A stretch of DNA of 64,000 bases, from assembly GCA_964016885.1 (NCBI GenBank), contig OZ024740.1:170934001-170998000 (forward strand), read 5' to 3'. Positions 44,974-56,904 of the stretch are shown piece by piece. Under the pieces are notes generated by a model that saw only the letters and a list, made by a program, of their open reading frames with translations, was not told where the DNA came from and searched no databases. Every line of letters starts with the position of its first letter. Within the stretch, counting starts at the first letter, position 1. The position numbers and the translations under genes were made by a program. The DNA comes from Eledone cirrhosa (lineage: Eukaryota).

Positions 44974-47137
44974 CTTTCATAAAAAAACATATTTATTCCC
45001 TTACAATCGTTTCAAATGATATGACCTCAAATTATTCAAAGTGTTGTTAAAGAATTCGTTTTATATAGTCACATCAATCTATCGATATAATTGTATTTCT
45101 ATAAGATCACAGCTCATCCTCAGAGAAAAAGATAGTCATTGGTGAAATTCTATCAGTGAAAAAATTAGATGACCTTTAGCATAGAATATGTCAGTTAATT
45201 TTCTCCATCTAAAGTACCAAGGCTATATAGACCGAATACATTTTCTTTTCGAGTTTTGTATTCCGCAATGCATAGATTTTTTAAGAATTATGGACTCACC
45301 ATAAATATTGAGCCTAATCATAGGGTCGTGAATTATCTGGGTGCAACTTTCGAACTAGACACTGGACTTTAGCGTCCCTACCATAAGCCAGGCGATTTCC
45401 TATCTTATGTAAATAGATTATCAAACCATCCCTCGATTATTGGCTCAATAGTTAAAAGAATATCACATAGAATCTCAAAACTATCAGCGAATGAAAATGT
45501 ATTTAACGACATAGCCTGGTATTATAATAATGTACTGTTTAGATCAGGATATAAGCTACCGCCTAACACAAATTCCCTAGAATAGGAAACATGGTAGATC
45601 CAATAAATAAAACTAGCGCACGCAAACGAATAATTCCCTGGTTTAACCCACCATATAGCCTAAATATAGCCTTTAATATACCTAAAATATTCTTTACTAT
45701 CCTAGAAAGAAATTTCCCACCTGACCACAAATACCATGAATTAATCGATAAAAATACAGTTAGGTTATCTTTTTCTACCACCCCTAACCTAACAGATTAT
45801 ATTGCATTCAGCAACCACCAGAAACTCTACAAGCGATATTAATTATATCTTAATCCACCTAATACCAACTCAAACAACATATCTAGTACTTCGAATGTAA
45901 GCACACTGAGTTCGCCTGGGGATACGAAGGTTAACACCTTGAACTCGCCAGGTGATACCGCTTCTTTATCCACTATAGAATATAACTATGGGAATCTTAA
46001 TAATTGTCCTCTTGTCGATTTATGCCTAACTAGAAATGTAGCATAGCTGGTAAAAATCCAGCACTCTAGTAGTTCATATACCGAGGCTACAGCTAATCCA
46101 TTTAAAATCTGATATAATTCCCACTTGAATTCGTTTGAAAATGATAAGCTGAAGCACACTATTTTTTTAACACGGTATATAACTAACCTGGTTGAATCTA
46201 AAATCACCCATAAAAAGCATTGGGAAATTCTTGATAGATCTACCCCATAAAATGGAAATAAAAAATCATGCCATTTATGTTTGTCTGTGGAGTACTATAT
46301 CACAATGTCGACCCCTAACCCCATGAATACTAGAAACGAATTAGTAATAAATTGTCCTCATCGCCTCTCTTATTCTTTCTTTACTGAAATATATGATCCC
46401 ACTTAGAGGTTCTTATATCCCCAAACATCCCCCTTATATCCCTCTTATCTTACTCTTTCATTTTCTTTTCTTAGCATTGACTGTATACCTTAAATGTAGA
46501 GCTAATTAAACGGCTATGTATACTCAGAAATACATTTATAGGAGTCCAACATAAAATGTTTACTTGTATCCCTTGGCATTGGTAAATGAATGTTATGGTT
46601 TGTAGTTTCAGGAGTACTAGTGTATTTATATCTCAGCTAGCATTTTTCCAAACATAACTATGTTCACTTCTGGCTGTATTACATAGTGTCCCCTTTAATT
46701 AATTGTGATTTGGGGAGTCAAATAAGAACTTATCCAAAACTAGGTTGCTTAATCCTAGGAAATAATTTCTAAGGTTAATTTCCATGAATTATCCTCCTTT
46801 AGATAAATTTTCGTTTAAACCGAGATGTCAACATTCGTGCGAAATAAAATAAAAAACGAAAAAAATTGTTTTCGCTTTATATAGACTTGGTACTTGAGAT
46901 GCAGAATTAAATGACATATTCTATGCTAAAAGTAATCTTAATTTTTCAGTGGTAGAATGTCACCAATGTGTATTTTTTTTCTCAGAGGAAAATGAGCTGT
47001 GATCTTATAGAAATACATTTATATTTATAGATTGACATGACTATATAAAACGAATTCTTCAACAACGCTTTGAATAATTTGAGGTCATATCTTATTCGAA
47101 ACGACTGTAAGGGAATAAATACGTTTTTTTTATGAAA
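44974..47137 (+). mobile_element. Degenerate Penelope-like element: inverted pLTR + RT C-terminus/GIY-YIG remnant + pLTR
   Basis: ~44974-45205 is the diverged reverse complement of ~46905-47137. Internal peptides include RPYHKP, YVNRLSNHP, RKRIIPWFNPPYSLN, NTVRLSFSTTPNL and NCPLVDLCL. Confidence 0.85.
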
Positions 47138-47835
47138 CATTTGTTTATTCAAACAAAACTATCAAACGTATTCCACAGACGGAACAAATGGTGAATATAA
47201 CAAACTCTGGTTGAAAAATTTTCTTTTGGGGAAAAGCATTTGATTTCGCGATGTAGTATTCGTTCCAGCTGATTATTCTACCAATATAAAATAACTATTT
47301 GCTTAATCCTTCTTCCTATTCTCTACCCAACCCCCTCTTCCTCTATCTATCTACCTGTCTCTCTCTTTCTTTCCCTCTCTTTCTTTCTCCTTCTTTTTTT
47401 CTCCCTCTTTCTTTCTCCCTCTTTCTTTCTCTCTCTTTTACTCAGCAATATATCCAATATTATCTCTACCAGTATTGCAGCTCTTTGAAAGAATTAATTT
47501 AGCCATCTTTTAGCAGCTCACCACCGTCTAACTATTTTTCTTCAGAACACTCAAGCATGACTATGCACGTGAACAAAAAGATAGTCAGGCATGTATCTAT
47601 GCTGAGTCCAATCCTCAGGCTCTGCTTTATCCAATATGTCTGGTCCTTCGTGTGTAGAACGTTGACCATCTGGAAATCCTATGGTATTTAAACAGCACAT
47701 CAAGATATCGACCTCTTGGATCATAGAAGGCTTGTGAAAGGAGAGCCTTTATTTTGAGACTGCCAATTAAAAAATGTACAGTGTGACAGGCAGACAGACA
47801 GACAGGTGAATAGATAGACAGATTGATATATATAT

Positions 47836-47987
47836 AGAAGTGGAAACACAACAGTTAGTTCACCATACCGAGAACAATTCAAATGTTCTCCGTATGGTGA
47901 ACTAACTGTTGTGTTACCACTTCTACCTAACTCGTTCCATGGACTGAGTGCTCTACCACTACGGATATTACCTTCCAGTGTTCTACC
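47836..47987. mobile_element. Fold-back mini-copy of the 31127 PLE terminus
   Basis: Same sequence as 31130-31235; turns inside hammerhead stem III (gagaacaattcaaatgttctc). Confidence 0.82.
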
Positions 47988-48005
47988 TATATATATATAT
48001 ATATT

Positions 48006-48054
<49 letters not shown>

Positions 48055-48267
48055 TTAAGGGAAAAGAATGACTTCACTTGTAGTTCTAAACAATTTAATT
48101 TTATAATATTACAATTTTACAATTTTGCTTTGTAGATCTAGTAAGTTCTTTGTTAACTTCGGTGGGAAGTTTTTTTTAAGATTCCTGGAGAACTTTCCCG
48201 CATTTGTCGGTGGCGGTTGTCAAACTGATCTAAAGTTGCGTTGCGATATGTGACACTAAATATAAGA

Positions 48268-48383
<116 letters not shown>

Positions 48384-48414
48384 GGACGGATAGACAGACA
48401 AGTAGATAGATAGG

Positions 48415-48464
<50 letters not shown>

Positions 48465-48466
<2 letters not shown>

Positions 48467-49146
48467 TTTCTTTTTATTTGCCACCAGAGCATCAAAAGTG
48501 GGACAAGTACAATGGGGGGAGTTTACATGAAAAGGCGTCCTCAATAAGGAGGAGGCAATAACAAGATATAAAAGTATAAAAATAAAATAAAATATAACAA
48601 AATAAATTTTATAACAAAATCCTCAATAGGGAGGAGGCGCCTTGGGGGGTCGCACACACCCCCGAAAAAAAGTGTGCAACCCTTCTCCTCAGGAGCACAG
48701 AGAGGGGGTGCTCCCTTGATTTTTCATCTTCCTCACCTATAGTCTGATGTAGAGTAAAGGCCCATTCACTCGGGCCATTCTCGCGACTTTCACCCATCTT
48801 TCATAAAAACGGCTGGGGTGCAGCACCTCTCTCTCCATCCTGATCCTTCTTCCGAAATGATATCGGAAGAAACGGACCAGTTGTTGGCCAGAGAGAAAGG
48901 TGTCTGACCTCAGTCCTTTCAGACTTGTCCACCATACAACCTCTTTCGCCATGGCCATTACGCACAGAAACACCGCCTCTCCTTCGTTTTTGAAGAGGAG
49001 AGGCGGCTTGATCGTTACAATAGACTCGGTGGTCAACCGGATCGGTCCCACCCTTGACAGCAGTTGTTCAACATAGCCCCACAGATCGGCAATGCCCGAG
49101 CAGTGTACCAATGCGTGTGCAACGGTTTCCTCGTCGCACACGCATC
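48465..49146 (-). mobile_element. L1/Tx1-like 3' fragment with CCHC knuckle remnant in (GATA)n
   Basis: ORF 48737-49141 CDEETVAHALVHC...AKEVVWW; (GATA)n on both sides. Confidence 0.85.
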
Positions 49147-49546
49147 AGATAGATAGATAGATAGAATTTTATACATATTTGAAAGCGTTAATAACTAGAG
49201 GAAGAAATCTGGTTTTGAGATGAAAGTTAGATATGAATTAACAAATAATTCAGAAACGCCATTCACATAAAAGAAACAACACTTAAGTTTGCGTTAAGAT
49301 CATTTAATGAATCGGGCATTTAAAAGCTAATTAGAATTAATAATGCGCTAAGGAGTATAATTGAATTATACATTTTCTTGTGGGCTTTTTTACCTCGCCG
49401 TCTAATTATTTCTAATTCATTTTTATATTGTTGCCGCAATAATTAGGTTTGCACAAACTTAACTATGAATTAACTTGTTAGGGACGCTACTGAAGCAGTT
49501 GCGCTCGTTTATGTATTAATATCAACTTAATATTCTCTGTTATGTT

Positions 49547-49625
<79 letters not shown>

Positions 49626-50111
49626 CTCTCTCTCTCTCTCTCTCTCACTCTCTTATTTCATATATCCTTTATATTTTACCCTAACTATCTATATATATAT
49701 ATATTTTAAGCCAGGAGAGGTGTTTGGTGCATTTTGTCAACCTGATTAATAAACTACTGTGTTTTGCGATTTCAGGAGACTGCCAAAAAGACCAGCACAA
49801 TATTTTAAATAGGAGAGAAGTTTGCCTGTCTATCGGCTTGAATATATCCTGTTTCATACTAGAGACAGACAAACCCCTTTTTATCATAAAAAAAGGCGGA
49901 AGAAAATATTCCAACAAAAAGTCCTTAAGAAATTCTATTTTCACATCATGAACTCTACTTTCAAAACGATGTTAAATACACGTTACTTTTTCATTTTCTT
50001 TTCTTTATATATTTTTCCTTTCTTTTTCTCGTTTACTTCTTTTGAATCGCGAATTTTCATATAATCTGAAGGGATTCTGTATTTGTATATATATATATAT
50101 ATATACATAAT

Positions 50112-50151
<40 letters not shown>

Positions 50152-50314
50152 TATATATATTTATATATATATATATATTGAAGTTAAAAATAAAACAGAA
50201 AAAACAGCAAATAACTATTTTAAATAAAACTTTTATTCTCGGAGAGTCGGCTATTTTATTGTATCATTCATTATTTCTCTCTAGCACATACACTTACTCA
50301 CACCTACCACACAC

Positions 50315-50397
<83 letters not shown>

Positions 50398-50648
50398 CAT
50401 ATATATATGTATATATATTTGTGATTATATACATACATGTACGTGTGCCTATGTGTATGTATGCATATGTGTATGATATATATATATATGTGTATTGTAT
50501 ATACGTATATATATATATATGTATTTAAATAAATATAAATATATATGTGTGTGTATATATATATATACATATAGATATGTGTATGTATATATGTATATTT
50601 AAATGTATACATATATATACATCTTTATCTATCTATATATATATATAT

Positions 50649-50732
<84 letters not shown>

Positions 50733-51108
50733 ACATATAAATATATATTCATATATTTATATGTATATATATATATTTACATATACATATATGTACATAT
50801 ATAGATATAGATATATACACACATACACATATATATATGTATATACATATATATATTTACATACATATCCCGCCCCCCTCTCTCTCACACACACACACAC
50901 TTTATATATATATTTGTGCGTGTGTGTGTAATATTTTTAATCAAATGATAAAACAATTATTTTATATTTGCTTTGAAAAAGACTATTAACAAAAGAGAAG
51001 CTATATTTCTATTTAAAACAAAAAATATATATTCCCAATACAGCAATGTTATATTATACAGTCAGTATATGTTTTGCCACTTTCATTATAGCCTGCTTTT
51101 CTTAACTC

Positions 51109-51177
<69 letters not shown>

Positions 51178-51420
51178 AATGAGAAATGGTGTGGTGTGTT
51201 GTTGCGAATGTAATACATATGAATGTAATACATATGAAGTAAAAATTAGAAAGAGAAGCCGGGACTATCCATCATCAGTGATCTATATATATATATATAT
51301 ATATATATAGATATATGTGTGTGTGTATATAATCTAACTATATTAATAGCCATTGAAGCTATGATTTGTCTTAGAAAATAAAACTTGTGTAGTATAGCTA
51401 CATAGGTTGCCCTCTTATAC

Positions 51421-52101
51421 CAGGGCCTGGCAACCTTCTGGGGTGTGTGGGTCACATTGCTATGCAGCGTCTCGTCGACGGCCTATGATATCAAATTAGT
51501 AATGAGAACATATGTAAAAACTAATACAGTAATATAATAAAATACTATGACATTTTTAATAAACTGTGACAAAAACACGATACCTGGCGGTGTATTCAGA
51601 TCAGAGTTGTCATTTGTTTGATGAAAAAAATTACTTCTAATAATACGGAACACTTTTAACATAGAAAAATAAATAAACATTGATTATTATCGAATGCAGT
51701 CACTTACAGATGTTTTACTACCAGACAGCAAACTCAAATGAATGATTTTGAGGATGAAATAACTGTATACAGACACGCTGACTTTTTTGTAGGTAAGTCT
51801 GGGTCATTCCGCATCCCTCCCATTCACATACTATGTATGCACGTATATACATGAATTACACACACATACAGTCTCCTTGACCTCGATGTCTGACTATTCT
51901 ATCTAACTGAGTTTGATTGTTAATTACTGTCACGCAAAATTACGTTCAGCTGAGTGAGTGTTGTGGCTGGACGTGTTTTCTAGTCGGTATTCTAATCCAA
52001 AATAATTCAGAACACTTTTTCAGGGATCACTTAGCCTAAGATTTAAACCTATTGGCGGGCCTAATAAAAATCCTTCGTGGGCCGTGGGTGGCCGACCCCT
52101 C
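51421..52101. mobile_element. hAT (Charlie-like) non-autonomous element
   Basis: TIR-like cagggcctggcaacc / ggtggccgacccctc; imperfect 8-bp TSD tcttatac / ctctatac. Confidence 0.55.
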
Positions 52102-53229
52102 CTCTATACAGTCATTCAGCTTGAAATAACAGCCAGATATCCCTCAGATGACACCATACCATCTTAATAGATGAATGTTATACTGTATAATGCTGTCAAC
52201 GTCTTGAAATGAGATTTCTATTTTCAATGAATATAAATCAAGCTCGTTTAACCTGCTAGAAATAGCAGTTATGAAATAAGATATAAAAAAAAGAAATATA
52301 TAGATATAAAAGAAGAAAAACATTGCTGGAATTCCTGGAGCTAGTATCCCCGATTCATTCGATATTTATGACAGGGGTGGAGCGGCGAATTATTAGAGAA
52401 ACAGCTCTTAGTTATTGGAGGAGTCGCAGGTTGCCATCAGGACACACGATGCGTCAAGGGCACCTTCAACCTGATAGAGCCCATTCTACTCCAGGTATGC
52501 ACACAGCCAATTTCTTCCTGCAAGAGAAGAATGAAGAATCAGCCCCCAGTACTGAACTTGTACTTATTTATCAACCGCGAAAGTATAAAAGATAAAGTTG
52601 ACTGGGGTGTGTTTTGAATTCATAGTGCAATCAACTTAAACACTTACTAAGCATTTAATCCGACGTCGTACTGACTCTGCTAATGCGTTGCCTCAAATAA
52701 TTGTTTTTGTCGCCCAACATGTGCAATAAGTTATTTCTCAACACTGAAATCGGTATTGCAAAATACTTAACACTCACAGGACCAGTTCATCTATCTGTAA
52801 ATATGTATCACCGATACATATATAACTCACCGCTATCAGGGGTTATGTAATTAATAGACAGCATTATATTACTAATAAAATGGTGGTATAATAATATAAC
52901 ACCTTGTGATGTTTAGTTATATCTGTTGACGTTCTGATTTAAAATCCGAAAAAAATAATTATCAATCTTGGGTTGATTTCAAAAACTGTTTCCTTCCTCA
53001 AAATGTGTGGTCTTGTGATTATATTACACGTCACTATTTTGGTAGCTTGTAGTTCACCCAGGAATAAGTTGATTATCAGAAATTGCATGTTTTGGGGGAA
53101 TTCAAACACCCCGTGAAACCTTCAACACAAAAAAGTAGGGGGAAAACAGTGTTTTCTTTTTCTTTTCTTTTTCTTTTTTTTTTTTCTTTTGAAAGAAGCG
53201 TTCTTTTCCATTTGACTAGATCATGAAAA

Positions 53230-53912
53230 CTCTATATTTTAAAGGAGTGGGCTGCGCTTCCTGTCAACGATACTCGTAAGTTGTGCCATTTATATGGAAC
53301 TAGAAGGAAACTCAGACCTATTCTCCATTGATATCAGCCTCCTCGAGGAAGATCATCGAGCCCCTTTCCTTTTTGTGATATGCCTTGATTATACACTGCG
53401 TAATACCATTGCGCCACCAGACGCTAAAAGGTCGGCAAAGTATCCGACATCCGGATCAAGTTCTATCTGAATTAACTTATGTAGATCACATAGTCCTCCT
53501 TGAAAACACCAGCAAAGAAACTCAGGACTTGTTACAGAGTTGAGGCTGCAGTGCAGTCCACATGAATGTTGATAAAATAAAATTAATGTATCTCATATTC
53601 ACGCGAGTGCTGAGAAAAGTTCGGAGCATCGCCTGGAAAACACACGTAGCAAATAAATCGCCTTTCTGATATCATAAGTCGTATGAGGCTTGCATTAGCC
53701 GGACATGGGAAACATTACAATGAACCTGCTGGCAGAGTTCTTTTCTGGAAACCAGATGTATTCTGACGAGTTGAGAGACTATCACACAGAAGGATGTTCT
53801 TGAAGATGACACCAAGTTGAAGGCAAGGGAACTTCTGATGGCAATACTGGACAGGGTGAGCTGGAGGAGGAACTTCGTCATGGTAACGGTAACGGACTTG
53901 TAGAAGAAGAAA
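53230..53912 (+). mobile_element. Degenerate RTE LINE fragment
   Basis: APFLFVICLDYTLR, LTYVDHIVLL (from YADD), RLALAGH and (AGA)n tail. Confidence 0.65.
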
Positions 53913-53929
53913 ATGACAAAAATAATTAT

Positions 53930-54142
53930 TTCTAACATAGGCACAAAGCCAGCAATTTGGGGACAGAGGAAAACCGATTATATCGACCAATGTACTTAAC
54001 AGATACTTTATTTTAACGACCCTGGAAAGATAAAGGGCAAAGTCGACGTTGGTGGGATTTTATCTCAGAGCACAGGCAGCTAGAACAAAATCTGCAAAGT
54101 ATTCCATCTGACACTTTAGTGATTCTGCTAATCAACTGTCCT
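53930..54142 (-). mobile_element. Nin-type SINE
   Basis: ggcacaaagccagcaattt...aaagggcaaagtcgac. Confidence 0.7.
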
Positions 54143-54581
54143 CAAAATTAATCAAAGATTAAAACAGCTACTTAAACATTGCAGCATGTTCAACATTCCA
54201 CACTATTACTGACATACCAGCTGGAACTACAATAATAATAAAATAACATCTTTCTAAGATAAGTATGTAATATACGATCGTGTTACAGAAAATGACGTAG
54301 TCCTAATAGTTTTCTCCAATGCCAATAAAAATATGATTAAAATGAAATAAACATTCAGAGGTTACCCCAATTTTATGACATCCATGTGGTGTGCCGATTG
54401 CCTGAATGCATTGCCTTCATGATCAGAGACCATATCTGGTTTCCCTTTCCTGTTGATGCAAATTATTCCCTTCACTTATTCAGTTACTGCCTATCAGAGA
54501 TTACGATTGTCACACAACCAACTCTCATTGTCTACAGATACACTCTCACGCACTCTCTCTCTCACAACCACACACACATAC

Positions 54582-54632
<51 letters not shown>

Positions 54633-54641
54633 CACGCATGT

Positions 54642-54854
54642 AGTTAACGGACGAAAGAAAAGAGTATTCAATACTGAAGTAGAGGTTTAAATATTCATTT
54701 TATAATGGCTTTAAGGCTAAATAGTGAGTCTTGTTACTCTGGAGTTTCACTTGCTTGCTCGCAGGGTCATCAAACACCGTTCTTGTCTGATGATCCTGTG
54801 AGCAAACGGGTGAAACTCCAGAGTACCAAGACTCACTATTTAGCCTTAATAAAA

Positions 54855-54860
<6 letters not shown>
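54642..54860. mobile_element. Palindromic mini-PLE family F
   Basis: Arms ~54690-54772 / 54786-54860, ending in (TA)n. Confidence 0.8.
54781..54831 (+). ncRNA. Type I hammerhead ribozyme
   Basis: ucuugu-CUGAUGA-u ccug ugagcaaa cggg u-GAAAC-UC CA GA-GUA-ccaaga. The mirror arm reads acaaga, a perfect stem I. Confidence 0.8.
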
Positions 54861-54930
<70 letters not shown>

Positions 54931-55234
54931 AAAATAGAGAAATTAATGTAAGCAAAAAGCCGACAATAATTCAGACATATAAGTGACTATAGCCTCAAGA
55001 TGAAAAACTTTTAACGTAAGATATGGGATAAATAATTCAATCTTAATTCAAAACAAGTCAAGAAGAAAAATGTTATCCTCAGACTTTGTGTAAGCTGGGG
55101 AAAAAAACCAATACAATCTTAACTCAAAATATAATCAAGAAGAAATAATTAACCGTCAATTTGGGTAATTCTACAAATGCACTATATAGTCTTAAAAGAC
55201 TATTTCACGAAACTTATATATATATAACTTATTA

Positions 55235-55629
55235 ATAAAGTAATTAAGTCAAATAGTTAAAGCTCCTGGTTGGGTTGTTATTTCTCTGAGGAACTGGAAT
55301 CATATGATTCCAGTTCCTCAGAGAAATAACAACGCAACCAGGAGCTGGACATATCGGAGTATTGACGGAGTAAAACATTTTAACAACATGTGTACCTGTC
55401 TCTACGACACCAATTCGGACTGCCTGAAGAGGTCACAGCCAATGATGACTGTCACCGAAATATATATATAGCAGTACATCTTTAATAAACGAAGCCAAAT
55501 TTTAACTATTTGACTTAATTACTTTATTTTACATTACTCCGGGGTAACCAAACCAACCTGCGTACTTCGTCGAGTGCTCCAATCTGCATACTGAGGTGTC
55601 GGTAAACAACCAACATATACTCAGAATTT
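55235..55629 (+). mobile_element. Mini-PLE family G with 5' fold-back hairpin
   Basis: Near-perfect hairpin 55261-55346; 55235-55260 is inverted against 55502-55528; (TA)n flanks. Confidence 0.78.
55419..55475 (+). ncRNA. Type I hammerhead ribozyme
   Basis: acugc-CUGAAGA-ggu...acc-GAAA-UAUAUAUA-UA-gcagu: perfect 5-bp stem I, palindromic stem III, AATAAA 8 nt downstream. Confidence 0.88.
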
Positions 55630-55815
55630 ATATATATATATATATATATATATAGTTAAAAGAATAGAGGTGTAACACACAAGTTATTATATATTGGTAA
55701 ACGGAATAGAAAATGCTGACAAATTGTTCACAGTTGAAAAATGGTTTAATTAGGAATAAAAGAGTATTAGTGATTGTATGGGTTAGTATTCAGTTGTGTT
55801 TTTAAGTTTTTAAGT

Positions 55816-55853
55816 TTTTACCGGTTGCGCATTTCTAAATGCTTTTCAAAAAT
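55816..55853 (-). ncRNA. Variant minimal type I hammerhead ribozyme in PLE 3' pLTR
   Basis: Sense strand reads uuu-UUGAAAA-gcauu uaga aaugc-GCAA-C CG G-UA-aaa: U3-A8 core pair, A13C, palindromic stem III. Stem I is weak. Confidence 0.5.
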
Positions 55854-56178
55854 AATTTTGAGATAGAGTGTCCGTGCTGTTTGCTCTGATCTGATTAGTT
55901 TTGGGAATTCTACCTGTTTTTATGTTTAAAAAGTGGCTCCAGCGTTATTTTTGTGTTGCAAAAATGCTTGTGGTCAAAACAATTTTGATTGGTCGGTAGA
56001 GGTCATGTGAATGTAAAAAGTTGATTTTGCGCCAAGACTGTTTTTATGTTAAAAAAGTGGCTCCAGCAAAAATTCTTGGTCAAAACAATTTTGATTGGTC
56101 GGTAGAGGTCATGTGGATAAAAAATTGGTTTTGCGCCAAGATTGAGAAATGACTCTTTCACAACAAATATGTGTGTGT

Positions 56179-56242
<64 letters not shown>

Positions 56243-56337
56243 TAGTAGTAGTAGTAGTAAGGTGTTCGATGCTGCGACAATGGCCAGCAGCGATGTGTGT
56301 CAAATGGCTATTAAGATAAGTGTGTGTGTGTGTGTGT

Positions 56338-56380
<43 letters not shown>

Positions 56381-56546
56381 GCAGAGTAATTCGATGGTCA
56401 GTAAGAATGTGTCTGAAAGCAATGGGGGGGTATTTTAGCATGTCAAAAGATTTTTTCAGCTTTTGTCTTATACGGAGAAGTGTGTGTGTGTGTGTGTGTG
56501 TATAAGTCTCTTTGTATGTTGATGTACGCGTGTGTATGTGTTTGTG

Positions 56547-56585
<39 letters not shown>

Positions 56586-56904
56586 ACCAGTATTTTTTTC
56601 CCCCTTGTAAAATGGTGTACATTATTCGATTTTTTCAGTAAAATCGGTTCTCTTAATAGAACATCAAAAATCTTAACAATAAAAGGTGTGAAATGATATT
56701 CACTATATATATATACACATACATATATTCACTACATATATATATATATATACATATATACATACATACATATATATGCACATATATTTTTTTGTATTGC
56801 ACCATAGAGCATCTGTGTTTACGTGTGTCATTGTGTTTATATGTGGGTAGAGATGTGTGCTGATGTAGGTATGTATGTTGACGTGTGTATGTTGTGGGTT
56901 CGTC

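Noticed and set aside
49681-50064. Short non-repetitive ORFs on both strands
   Set aside because: No recognisable motif; expected by chance.
55654-56904. SECIS / selenoprotein (as in some Naiad PLEs)
   Set aside because: The RT-EN ORF has no in-frame TGA and I could not fold a convincing SECIS.
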